Assembly: GCF_902652985.1 (NCBI RefSeq)
Contig: NC_047020.1
Location: 10,912,001 to 10,976,000, forward strand
DNA: 64,000 nt
From: Pecten maximus
Taxonomy: Eukaryota
Direction of reading: 5' to 3'
Both the position numbers and the translations under genes were made by a program. The notes under the pieces were generated by a model. The model ran no database searches. It was given only the letters and a program-made list of their open reading frames with translations, and was not told the origin of the DNA. This document shows, one piece after another, positions 38,142-51,100 of the stretch. Every line of letters starts with the position of its first letter. The first letter of the stretch is position 1.

Positions 38142-38632
38142 AGTTATTAGGATGTGTCGGAACCTAAACAGTTATTAGGATGTGTCGGAACCTAAACAGT
38201 TATTAGGATGTGTCGGAACCTAAACAGTTATTAGGATGTCGGAACCTAAACAGTTATTAGGATGTGTCGGAACCTAAACAGTTATTAGGATGTGTCGGAA
38301 CCTAAACAGTTATTAGGATGTGTCGAAACCTAAACAGTTATTAGGATGTGTTAGAACCTAAACAGTTATTAGGATGTCGGAACCTAAACAGTTATTAGGA
38401 TGTGTCGGAACCTAAACAGTTATTAGGATGTCGGAACCTAAACAGTTATTAGGATGTGTCGGAACCTAAACAGTTATTAGGATGTGTTAGAACCTAAACA
38501 GTTATTAGGATGTCGGAACCTAAACAGTTATTAGGATGTGTTAGAACCTGATCAGTTATTAGGATGTGTTAGAACCTAAACAGTTATTAGGATGTGTCAG
38601 AACCTAAATAGTTATAAGGATGTATTGGAACC
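38142..38632. repeat. 28-bp minisatellite (~17 copies)
   Basis: Unit agttattaggatgtgtcggaacctaaac. Confidence 0.95.
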
Positions 38633-40539
38633 TTTGCTTTACGATAAGATTCATGAAATGAACTGAAAGCACATTTAAAATTTTCAGAGCATAAGTAACA
38701 ATATTTTGTAGACAATATCAATCAGCGATGTTCTATTGATTATCTTCAAGGAAATCACTTTAAGGTTACAAATTGAGATCAAAAATTGAAGTCGGACTTT
38801 AAATTTGTCTTCAACTTTTTTTACATGTCACCCTGGCAAAATATGAGCTCCTTCCTACAGACTAGGGAGCATGTCTGTCTAGTTCATTCATTATAGTGTC
38901 AGCCAACCCGAAGTTCCAGGGTTGATACCTTACAGTGACATTGATAAAATGTTTCTGTTATATTAGTGTTTGGGTGGTACCTACATCATTGGTAAAACGT
39001 CAGACTTCCCAGTTTAAATCTCTAACGAAACTCTTGGTAGGTATTGACAGGTATAATTGGTACACTATATATACTAAGCAGTAGTAAAAAGTAGTCTAAT
39101 AATAGGAACTAACCACAGTGATTTATCAACATCATATCAATCGTAGAACTCCAAATTTTAAACTCTCAAAGTTAAGCTCAAAGGTGAACTTTTAAATTGA
39201 TGGTTTATGCATATTTACAGGGGTGTTGTATTAAACCTCATGGCTTACACATGTATCATATTCCATTAATGAAGAGAAGACCAATTATCAACATAGATAT
39301 TGTATGAGTTATAGAATATATAACTGTATATGAATGTAGCAGGATTGTTTTCTTTTTCATAATCAATACTCAGATGTATATTGTAATATTGGATAGGTAC
39401 ATCTATTCATAACTTATGTAGTCTTGTGCAAAATAATGTCTTCCTTATAGCTTATATGATTTTTGATGGACTGGGTAAACCAGAAAAAAAGAGCCTCTGT
39501 TTCCAAGTGTATTAGATGGATCGATAGTGTATTAGATGGATCGCGATTGGATCACAGGTTTCCATATGGTGGTTTTGTAGGTTTCATTTAGCTTTAGGAA
39601 TCGCATTAATATCCATTATGTAGGGATCAAAGTCTGCACAAGGCAAAACAGTTTAAAATTTCAACATTTATATATTTTGTAATTTTACATACAAGTACAT
39701 CAAGTGATAATGTTCTGATTTTCTGCATTTCATTACCTTGGTGTTAACTATTCCACAAATGCATTGCTGGTAATTGTACCTATAATATATATCTGTTACA
39801 TATACCCGCAGCTAGAAGTTAAATGTATTACTGCTATTAAATGTAGCTTGAATTGATTTTGGTCCAAACTTTCTACTTTCTAGAGCTTAAATAAAAAACT
39901 TTTTTTTGTTTAATTTCAAATATTGCATTAATCAGAAATATTTAAAGCTTAGGATATCCATATTTATTTGATAGCTATGTCTCTAATGAATAATTTAGCA
40001 AACTGAGGAAAAATATAACATTTTCTTTGTTACTAGACTAAGTAAACTAAGTTTACTGATAAGATAACTATTAAACTGTTTTTTATGAAATTATATTTGT
40101 TTATCATAATTTATGGAATGAAGTTTTTGATGATTTATTACAGTGCATAACACAAAATTGTTTCAAACAGTACATTTTATGTGGGAGTAAATCTATGACC
40201 CAGATTTTTTTTCAGATGCTATATTTTTTATACAAGTCTGGTTGTGCAAAAATAAGAACAAGACTCTTGTCCTAGAAACATTTTGTTTTTCGAAACCTTC
40301 GAAAGTTTTCCTGTTAAATATTTACTTTTCTAATACTAACTTGAACTATATCTTCCCGTCCGTAGCTACGCAGGTTGTAATCAGTAAAAGCAGATGAAGA
40401 GCAATAAAGTACTTTTGTATGTATATTCATTGTTTTGTTATTTTTTACAGACTGCTAGCATAGCAACTGCTAACTCAATCAGCCTACACTGAAGTCTTGA
40501 GTATAGCTTCATCCACAGAAGGGTGAATAATTTAATGAC

Positions 40540-41121
40540 AACAAGAGGCCCATGAGCCTTAAAAACTTTGTAACAACAAGTTGTAACAACCAACAACGAA
40601 TTTTGAAATATTACTGACCCTTTTTGACCTTGTCCATCAGCCCCTGGGGGTCAGTCAGGGCCATCACAAACTGTTATCTCAACATGCTAACTGGAACCAA
40701 GTTAGAATGAATTCCAATAAAAATCAAACAAATGATAGTCAAAAATGTGATTTCCCTATAAACTATGGTAAAGTTTATCCCCTCCCCAGGAGCAAACGTG
40801 AGACCTCAGGGTCATGAAATTCACAATTTTGGTAAAGCACCTTGAGACCCTTCTATGAAGAGTACATGTGTATTTGATTCTACTTTATTTTGGTCTTGAG
40901 AAGATGATTATTGAAATTTCAGTCAATTTGACCCCTTTTAGCCTTGCCCCCCTAGGTTCCCTTGGGGGTGAGGACCATATAATTCAGTTTTGGTTGACCT
41001 TTGGCCATGGAAAGTTTCTGCAAAATATGAAATTTGTCAAATTGTTTATGGTCACACATCGAGAGAGAAAAAAGGCAATCAGAATAGGTCATTTGAGACT
41101 TTGTTTCAGGTGACCTAAAAA
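40540..41121. mobile_element. Non-autonomous interspersed repeat (Helentron/HINE-like, acaagaggccc...caggtgacctaaaa family)
   Basis: Shares long homology with 43838-44265 (gaatgaattcca...atagtcaaaaatgtgattt...gggtcatgaaattcacaattttggt). Family assignment is inference. Confidence 0.55.
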
Positions 41122-41997
41122 TTCACAGCAGTGGATGTATCGCCTTTGTTGTATCGCCTTTGTGCTCTACATTAGAAAAACTAGACAGAAAAAAAAGAGA
41201 CAAATGAATTTTGCTATTTTCTAAGAAGAGATAAAATAAGAAGTCATTTTGTATCAAGGGCCATTACTATGTAAAAAAATTGGAGTAGGGAAAAGCCCCC
41301 CGGGCTATTTTACCTCATGATTTTGTTTATCTCTTGATGCCCAACAACGGTCATTGGTGGGGATTTCAATGGTTTCAAAAATATAACCAAACCAGAGATC
41401 CCAGAGAGATCTTGGCATCCACCATTAAATGATCCATATTAGTCAAATGAAAGACTGATATTTTCTCTTCTTTTCCCATCTTTCAAAATATTTTCTATTT
41501 ATGATAACTTTATATCACATGCTATAGTAGGAGTAACCTGCAATTATCAAAATTCAAGATGGTCACCTGTTGGCCATGGTGACCCCAGGGCCTATTTTTA
41601 CACCATGATTGCCATACAATGCTATATACGGTCATAGGGTGGGGATCTAAATGGTTCCAAAGATATATAACAAAGAAACGAAGTCCCGAGGGGTGGGAAA
41701 AGATCCCAGGGCCTAGTTTTACAACAGGATTGTCTTTATCTATAGGTGCCCAGCAATGATATATATGGTTATGGGGTGGGAATCTCTTAAACGGTTTCAA
41801 ATACATGTCGTTTATAGCAATATATCCAAATTTTTCCCTTTTGTCCCCGCTTCTCAGCCCCACAATTTGTAGCTTTTTGAATCCCCATCACCAAAGATGC
41901 TACCACTCATATATCAGCATTCATCACTTAGTTCCAGTCTGTTGAGAGAAGTCGTTTATAGCAAAAAATTTCCCTTTTGGCCCCCCCCAAATGTAAT

Positions 41998-42331
41998 ATA
42001 AGGTTCAGAAATGTCAGAAATCTTTCTTATCGTCAAGATTTCATACTGGTGATGTAAGGTTCAGAAATGTCAGAAATCTTTCTTAGCATCAAGATTTCAT
42101 ACTGGTGATGTAAGGTTCAGAAATGTCAGAAATCTTTCTTATCGTCAAGATTTCATACTGGTGATGTATGGTTCAGAAATGTCAGAAATCTTTCTTATTG
42201 TCAAGATTTCATACTGGTGATGTATGGTTCAGAAATGTCAGAAATCTTTCTTATTGTCAAGATTTCATACTGGTGATGTAAGGTTCAGAAATGTCAGGAA
42301 TCTTTCTTATTGTCAAGATTTTACACTGGTA
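41998..42331. repeat. 56-bp tandem repeat (6 copies)
   Basis: Unit aaggttcagaaatgtcagaaatctttcttatcgtcaagatttcatactggtgatgt. Confidence 0.95.
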
Positions 42332-42802
42332 ATTTTATTTTCAGTTGTACTTGTCTTATAATTCCTAAGGACAGTCGGGTGGCACAGTACTAACACACTT
42401 GCCTGTGGGCAGTCAGGTGGCGTATGGATCACTTGCCTGACCATGTGTTTTTCTCTGGGTACTCCATATTCTTCCCACAGTATCCTCTTGCACTTCCATC
42501 CGGGCCAACAAGAGTGATTAATATGAATTTGTATTACTTATTTTGCAATTGTTGTAAAATAAAAACAAGTTAACAATTTTTTTTATATAATTTTTTTATT
42601 TATATTGAATTGAGGATGTAAATTTAAATCTCATTTCCTTTTTATCTCCTCGACAAAAAATAAGTATGGGTGTATTTCATCCTGATCATAGTATGTACAT
42701 GTATAAACTGGTACATTATTTCTGTCATAAGAGATCCATTTCATTTCCTGAACTTTGTAAAACTTAGTGACAAAAGTAATAGGATGTTTACAGACACTTG
42801 TG

Positions 42803-45177
42803 TCAACTAAAAGTGATCTTTAGAGGCATATTTGGCCAGTATTTTGGCTGTAGTATGTCCATGTTGCGGTCGTAGGACATTTGCATGGCTGTCTCCATAC
42901 CGTGTACCATTGCTGCTCCCTTTCCATACAACACAAGCATCTCCTGTGTCCGTCTTACACCAGGTCGCTCATGTGGTGCAGCAGTTGTTGGGGCTCGCTT
43001 TGTAGCTTTGGCTGTAAAACACAAAATGTTCAGATGAAAAATATTCTAACAGATCATATAAGGTATGTATGATTCAGCAAATGTGTCTTTTAAAATGTTG
43101 TAGACTTTCATATATATCCAGGTCCCAAGAAAACTTACAAACATTACTTAATGCAACAGTATTAGTACATTTGTTTTGTTTTGTAATTATGCTTTTAAAC
43201 ATTAACCTCTGTATCCCACGTTTTATACTAGACTCTATCCACAGACACATACCCAATGACTACAACAATGGATCGCTTTACAATTGACCCAATGATATTT
43301 AAATATCAACCTCAGGTTTTCCTATTTGTCTTGCCTTCCTATTGATAATTGTATACATGTATTTCATTCCAGTAGAGGATCTAAATTGATTCTGTCCTGG
43401 TAAGAATCTTATTAGTTTAGTTTATTAGTAACTAATACTTCTGTGTAAACATCTGTGTAAAATGTATAATAATATTACCAACCTCCTTCCAAATCAAGTC
43501 TGTTTTCTTCTTGTTCTTTATGGGTTTTCTGTGCATCTGGGTGCAAAATCAATCATGATTATTGTAAATGAATAATGCATTAATTATTATAAATTTTCAA
43601 AATCAATTGTATTAGCAAGAACAAGCAACTAAATCTTCATTATAAATCAATTGTACTACATAAAAGTGTCACAGTTTGTTACTACAATAGTCATTACCTT
43701 CAAATGGATATTATATTAATGTATTTTAATTTAAAGAAGCTGGAATGCTAACAGAGTATACACTGCTTGTAATTGTATAAGAATGCATAAAATGGCACCC
43801 AGTGTTTAGAAATGTATTTAGTTAACATCAACAAATGACAAGAGGCCCATGGGCCTTAACGGTCACCTGAGATTTGAAATATTTCAATAAATTTAATTGA
43901 CCCTTTTTAGCACGACCCATCAGTCTAAGGGGTCAGTCAGGGCCAAAATGTGCATACCATTAAGCTGTCATCACATGCTGATAATATTAACAAAGTTGGA
44001 ATGAATTCCATTAGAAATCAAACAAATGATAGTCAAAAATGTGATTTCCATATATGAACCTATAGTAAAGTTTACTCCCTCCCCAGGGGCAAAAGTGACA
44101 CCCAAGGGTCATGAAATTCACAATTTTGGTCAAGCACCTTAAGACCCTTCTATCTCTGAAGAGTGTTTGATTCCACCATATCTGAGAGGAGAGAAGACGA
44201 TTTTTGAAATTTCAGTCAATTTGACCATTTTTGGTCCCGCCCATCAGCCCCTGGGGGTCAATCAAAAAAACCTCATCCTGTAGCATCCTAAAAATGGTCA
44301 GTCATATACGCATTCATAACAATTTCACTTTCAATGATAGTGTACCATACCTCTTTCCTTCTTGTGTTGTTCAGATTTTGCAAAAAATTCCACCATGTCA
44401 TCCGTAATTTCCATTTCAAACACTTCACTTTCACTGTCTGATGCCTGTTTTTTTTCCTGACTTGTCGAACCTTTGTCCTCCGTTGAGACTTGTCCACTAT
44501 TGGTATTTCTTACACAGCCATGGTGTTGAAGACTCCTATTGCCCCGCCCTCTCCCACTTCCTCTTCGTCTATTCTTACCTCTATGCCTTGCTCCTATGTG
44601 GTATGGATTTTCTCGGGGAGTGAAGCCAGAATTTGGCCATTTGTAGGAGGGTGCAGCCCCTGCCCAAGGCATGCTACTCACAGGGAGGTGCCCTCCAAGA
44701 TGATAACCCCTTGTGCTGTGAGGTTGGGTTAAGTTTTTTGTGACACTGTTATGTCTGTTGAACCAAGCCATACAGTGATAGTAATGTTTCCAATAGGTAC
44801 GAAAACATGGCTGCAAATACCAATCAGGTTTATCAAATTCTGGAAGGCATTGCTGAAGTCTTTGTGTTTGTCAAAGTATCATCTTTAATATTTTCTTTAT
44901 CTAAACTTGATATACTCAAGTCCAAATCTTGGGAATCACTCTTTGATAAATCCAATGAAAGCGAATCTTGGTCCATATCATCTTTAATTTTGCTACATCC
45001 ATTTACTTGACAAATTGTATTTAAATCCTCAAGCTGTGATTGGCTATCGCTCTGCGATGTCACACTGGTAACTGTTGCTGTGCATGGATCAGAGTCTGTA
45101 CTTGTGATGTCAAATGTTGATGAATCTGTACCAGAATCGCAGCCATTCAGCTGGCCATTCACTTCCTTAGCTGCCAT
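42803..45177 (-). CDS. GEMIN8: Gem-associated protein 8 (SMN complex), 3 coding exons, one apparent 1-nt insertion near 44850
   Basis: Exons 45177-44351, 43536-43483, 43011-42803. Motifs WYLQPCFRTYWKHYYHCMAWF, FEMEITDDMVEFFAKSEQHKKER and ERPGVRRTQEMLVLYGKGAAMVHGMETAMQMSYDRNMDILQPKYWPNMPLK match Gemin8. gccATGg start; acceptor upstream at ~45244. Confidence 0.9.
43838..44265. mobile_element. Second copy of the acaagaggccc repeat family, in a GEMIN8 intron
   Basis: Direct homology to 40540-41121. Confidence 0.55.
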
Positions 45178-45753
45178 GGCTATTGCTGGTTTACTTTCTC
45201 TGATTCACATGTACAGTTTATAAAACTGTCAACAACAATCCTCCTGGAAATTTATAAAAATCAAATTGATCAATTATAAAGATGTCCATTATAGGCAAAA
45301 GGCATGAATTGCTCTTAGTCTTAATAATCTAAACTTGAAAATGTTTCTGACAATACTTACACTCTGAATTTCACTCTGTGAGATACTTGAAAGTGCATCA
45401 GGTTAAAAAAAATCCCAGATGTCCTAAGATCATCCCTAGCACATTAACGCTTTTATAACCACAATATAGATAGATTTCAATGGCAGTTTTTTTTAAAATG
45501 CATAATATACATAAGTTAATATCTGAAGCATATCCTTTTTTCTAATTTTTGTTTTATTCATTTTAAATTATACTACAAGGCATACAAGTATACATGAATT
45601 GACTTTCACTTGAGGTTACATGGTAAATGCTCTAACCAACTAACTATCGCAGCCCCCATGATGAGTTAAGTATTCCAGTTTGGGACATGTTAGTGCTTTG
45701 AATGCTTGTTTTTTTTATTTGTTGTGAGTTGACCCAGGACTTGCATTTGTTAA

Positions 45754-46848
45754 AGATGCTACCCCTCCGATAGAGTGTAATAAATTGTTATTATTTTGAC
45801 AATAAATGAAATTCAGTCCATGTATATATGCCTATTTAATACCTACAAATAAAATCAATAATTTTATACCGTCAAAAATTGTCGTAATGAAGCCAAGAAG
45901 CTACAAACTTTTGAACATCATAATCTACTTTGCATACACTTTACCTTGATCTCAGTGCATTCTGGGAGAGATTTACATACAGAAGAAAACACACATGGTG
46001 GACTTATTTTTATTCAGCTGGGACAACAATATATTGCCTGTTGCCTATCATAACTACAAATTTTAATTGCGAGCTTTTAATGCAAGCAGAAAATAAAAAC
46101 TAAACAAACATTTCAATATTATCCGTTGCGAAAAATCACGATCCTGTGTATGTTGTCGCCCACGAACCGAAACGCTTTCTTAGTGTTATCCCCTTCGGAC
46201 CCATTTTGCTGGATTGATACAAGTGTGATTTATCAACAGGTTTAAGCTGATGAACTATAAATAGTGAATCTGCAATCACTACATATCACAAAAGAAATCT
46301 TAACCATTGATTCAATCGCATCATATGCTTACAGTTTTCAGTAAAGATGACAACAGACCGAACGTTACACTACGTACGTGTGTACGTTACACACTTGCCT
46401 CTCCAATAAAAACTCAACTGTGTCATTTCCGCATGAGTTCCGATTTCGTTGTCGTTTATAATTCCACCTGTCTGTTCTCCCGATTGAAATCTTCCCTTTC
46501 TTCGTTCTCTTTCATAATCTAATTTATTCTTCCTTCTTTCTGGAGATGTTAGGCTAGCACATGTTACCTTCCTCGCTTCGCCATGTGGTTCCTACTCGTT
46601 TGTGTTTCTGTTTTCGGCGCATGCGCAATCAGTATTTCATTCAATATGGAGGCGGAGCGAAATGGAATTTCTTCGGGACGCAAATAATTATTTTAATTTT
46701 TTTAATTTTAAAGATAAACAAGAAGATGAAACTTTCCGAGGGTGGATATATTGTTAAGTGTGTAACTTTTATTGCTGAAGAAAAATACATACGAGTCTAT
46801 TCGTGTTTTTAATTGATAAAAAAACGGTCTGTCGAAGGTGTAGCACCT
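45754..46848. mobile_element. Kolobok-like non-autonomous element (TTAA TSD)
   Basis: TTAA|agatgctacccctccgatag ... ctgtcgaaggtgtagcacct|TTAA; imperfect ~20-bp TIR with purine-purine start. Confidence 0.65.
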
Positions 46849-46904
46849 TTAATGCATTGTATGTTTTTCTTAGAAGAAATGGTCATCTGAATCTATTGCA
46901 CTAG

Positions 46905-47160
46905 TGTAGCGGAAATGGACCGGGTTGATCATTCGCAACCAGGGTGCTCAATTAGTAGAGTGTTCAACTAGTGTTCAGCGGTATCTGGTTCGAACCCTTG
47001 GTCTAGCCGTGCATTTATTCCACTCCTATAACAGATTTGCTGCCGTTGACCACTCCAAGTGAAAGGAAAGCTATTGGAGATTGAGAGGTTTTCTTGGAGA
47101 TAAAGAACCTGGGTTGTGGTTGTCTTCAGAGGCGAAGACTTTGTGAAGGAAGGGATAGCG
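46905..47160 (+). mobile_element. Truncated tRNA-LTR TRIM (LTR 46905-47033, PBS, internal region, PPT)
   Basis: tgtagcggaa...tataaca LTR with A/B boxes, then tgctgccgttgacc (His-like PBS), gtcttc..gcgaagactt hairpin and a purine tract. Confidence 0.65.
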
Positions 47161-48137
47161 TAAAAGTAGAGAGTATAAGGTCACCTTCCTATCTCAGACT
47201 AGTGGGGATTTCACTTTAGACTATTGGTAAGATGTTTGCCTAGAGAGTGAAAGTTCGCTAGTTTGAAGCCTGGCATGGGCAGGGTATTTTTCATTATTCC
47301 TTCTTATTAATTATTAAACTATTACTTTTGAAACCTCAAGAAATGCAATTGTAGCACAGTGTTTGTTTGCTATATTATATATATATATATGCAATCCATT
47401 GTGTTTATCCGCGCTCCGCATTGTTGGTGCTTAGAATCTTATTACATTATGTATGTTCCTATGATCCGCACTCCGTTCCGCCGTACACGCGATGTCACGT
47501 GATTGCTACTTTCGTTTTATCTATGTAAGTTATTGTGTGACGTAATGTTTGTGTATCTGTCAATCATGTTGTCTCGTGACTGGACTGACTGACCACGGAC
47601 ACCTCCTGTGTCATGACTTGGACGCATTTCTTTTCCCGCCGTCTTCCCTTCTTTCTTTCCCTCGACTCTCTGCCGCACTTCTCAGCCAGACGTGGAGCTG
47701 TCCACATATACATACGGTCTCTGGCCATGGTTACGAAACCACTATAGCTATTTTGTTTACACTTTGTGCCAGGTCCCCAGCACCATATGCAGGGTGAGTA
47801 CACTGAGTACAGCTGGTGATATTTTGTTAATTATTGCTATTATATTCTATAGGATTTTTATATATTTTATATTAAATAATACCGTATCGGTTATTATTGT
47901 ATTTTCTAATAATTCTGGGCCGAAGCTAGATATAGGTTCAGTACATTTCATAGCCAGTTTATATACATATTTCTAACTATCCTTATTAGCTAGACCAGTT
48001 AATATATTTCTGAACCGTGTAATAATTCAGCCAGTGTGCGCGGGTATGTAAGTCCGTGTGAAAGCCATGCTAGTGTTTTGTATGTGTTTATTGTCTATAG
48101 GTCAGGTGCGTTTGTGTACGAAGTTCGTTTATATATA

Positions 48138-51100
48138 CAGGGATCACCCTGGGTTGTAATTGCTATGGGAGAAATATCCCATAGTATTATTGAGAGGGAG
48201 ATTTTTTTGTGGAGTGTGAGATTCCGTGGGCGCGCAGCGCCCACGGCTGACGAGCGAAGCGAGGATGGGGGGTGGGTTCGGGAGGGGGGTACCCCCCCTC
48301 CTGATAGGAAGGGGGGTCTGGGGGTCCTCCCCCAGAAAATTTTAAAACCTAGGTGCAAAATGGTGGCTTCTGAGGCCTTTTTGTCGTTCATCAAGGATTT
48401 ATTTTTCCTTCAAAAAAACCTTTTTTTTAGTTGACATTTTCAATTTTGTTATTGATGCTTTGATTTTTTAGAGTCTATAAATGATATTAAATCTTAATAT
48501 TTTATGATTCATTACATGAGTTGAAAAAGTCATATAAAGCACGGGTGGGCTATCCTGCTGGGTACCTCCAGGACGATATTGCAGTAGGACAGCACTTAAA
48601 TATTATTTAAAAGAAAATTAACAAGAATTTTATTTTCATTATCAGATCTATTTATTTTCTAAAAATAACCCTAGCTTTAGTTGTGCGCCACTCCTTTAGA
48701 GCTGATTTGAAGTTGAACTCGGAAAGTGCAGCCCCACCAATCATGACTCTCATCAGCTGGTCACAGTGCTCCCCTGACAGCCTGTTTCTGAGGGGAGTTG
48801 TAACAGAATTTTGGGCTGAGAATGCCCGCTCACAGTCACTGGTGTGGACAGGGTGCGCCAATGCAAAAGAGGCCAGCATCAACAGGTTTGGAAAGTCTTC
48901 ACCATGGTATTCCTTTATCAGCCCCCACAAGTCAGAGATGGAGTGCCTGGGGTAGCCTTGTGTCTTTACAACTTGCTTCAGCTGCAGAGATAATAATTAA
49001 TATGTAATAATTTGTCATATTACATAAACTACAACTAATCATCAATGAGGTTTATTTTGTGGAGATTGAGGTAAACAATGTACGGACAGCATTACTTACA
49101 GCTCAAACAATCTACATGTATTTATAATTATTGTTAATTTTACCAGCACTTACTTTCATCCATTCATCCTGTGCCTTCTCTGCATCAATGATGGCAGGCG
49201 AAGTAGTCACCTGATCAACACGGTCAACCTTGTAAGTGTGTGTTTTTTCTTTCCCAAAGTGGTCGAGAAGGACAGCAAGAGACTCGTTTCCCCATGAAGC
49301 AAGGTCTTCATCTGTAAGGAGTGTAACTGGCCTCAAACCAAGCACACAAAAGCTGGTCATAATCTGCTTATCAGGAAATCTGTGCAAAATAAAGAAATTT
49401 AAACAGATTATAATTTTACACATTTCTTTAAATTACACCATTGATGTATCAATTTTAAAGTCAAAAGAAAAACAAGAAATAAGAGTAACAGACAGTTAAT
49501 TATAAAATCACCATCTAAATCATAAATCTGGATAAGACGCCAAAGACAGTAACAAAAGGAAAGCATCCATCTGATCAGGATCCTACAACAAAATCACCTG
49601 CTGGACAAAGTGAACATGCCTTTAACCATCATTGATCACAGACACCGTGACACATCACCAAACCAAATCTGGACAACAACTGTAAAAATTCTTTAGTAGG
49701 TTTGTTTAGTTAATCGTTGACTTCTGACAAAAAAAAATCCTGAAATGTCAGAGCAGGCTCTTGAGTATCGGATTTATCCATTAACTGTGACATGTAAACA
49801 CCATATGCAAGTCTCACCTTTTAGTGATGTTGTCCACCAATGCATGGATGAAGCGTTGTCGTGTTGACATATAGGAATACTTGGACTGCACAACCTTGTG
49901 GTGACTCTTAAATACCCCATCTACCAGGTCTACCTCTGCCTGCTTGGTGAATGTAGGCTTGTCCTTGTCTACAGTCCCATCCCTCAGCCTGATCAAGTCA
50001 GCCAAACATGCATCCACAGATGACTATATAAATTATTGAAGTGAATAAATTAAAGTAAATGAATATATCATAAATTTCAAAATGTGCAATATATGTTTCA
50101 AAGAATATATACTGCAGGTTGGTTCGGGATTTAGATTTCTGGATATTACATTGTTTTTTGAAATTAGTCATGCCTCATATCGTCTATGTCTGCATTATTT
50201 TTAAAAAGTATTTAAATTATTTTTGTGGCAGTCATTGTGCATTGACGGTTAACAAGGTATTAATTCAAAATTCATTATAAAATATTAATTTAGTCAGTGA
50301 TAACTTATTTACTCTTTTAGCAGCAGATCTACAACTTACCTGAACAAGACCAATGTCTACATCTTTCTTTTGGAAGAAAAGGTTCAGTCTCATGATCGGC
50401 TGAAGAATGTCCATCATGGCATATGTCTGTAGGATGAAAAAGTCCTGTCCGATCTTCTTTTTGATGCCAATGGCCTTGGGATCTGTCTGGGTACTGAAGA
50501 AGGATATCAGGGAGTCAAATGTGCGGTACACTGCATCCAAGGCCTGGTAGAAGCTAAGCCATCGCACCTGATGGACCTCTCTGTATTTAAGGACAGGATC
50601 GTCAAGTAACTTCTGGACTGTGGCCACATCATCATTTCGTTTTGGCGACTTTTTAAAGTAGTAGAAGATGGACTCCAGGATGCCCTGATAATACTTCATG
50701 GCTGAAAAATATGAATTATTAAAACTAGAAAATGTTTGTGAAGCTTGTATCTAAAAATTAAACAGTTAATGTTGTGTACACTATTAGCAGTACTATTAGC
50801 TCTAAGCTGTCTGGTGCCATTTGATTTATAACATCTTTTTTAATTACCCGGAATATCCTCAGCAGCTTGTTCGGAACACAAAGCGATCCTGTGGGCTGAG
50901 CAGTGTGTGTTGATAATATGGGGGTTTTCCTTCAAAAACTGTCCAGTCAGGCCTTCCTTTCTGCCAGTCGTAACAGTGGCGCCATCTGTGCCCAGGCCTG
51001 GAATGATTAAGTTAACACAATATTTCATTTTTGGTCTTAAGTAAAATCCCTGATGTCAGTAAATAGAAGGTTGGAATAGCTGTAGGGTACAGTATCAATT

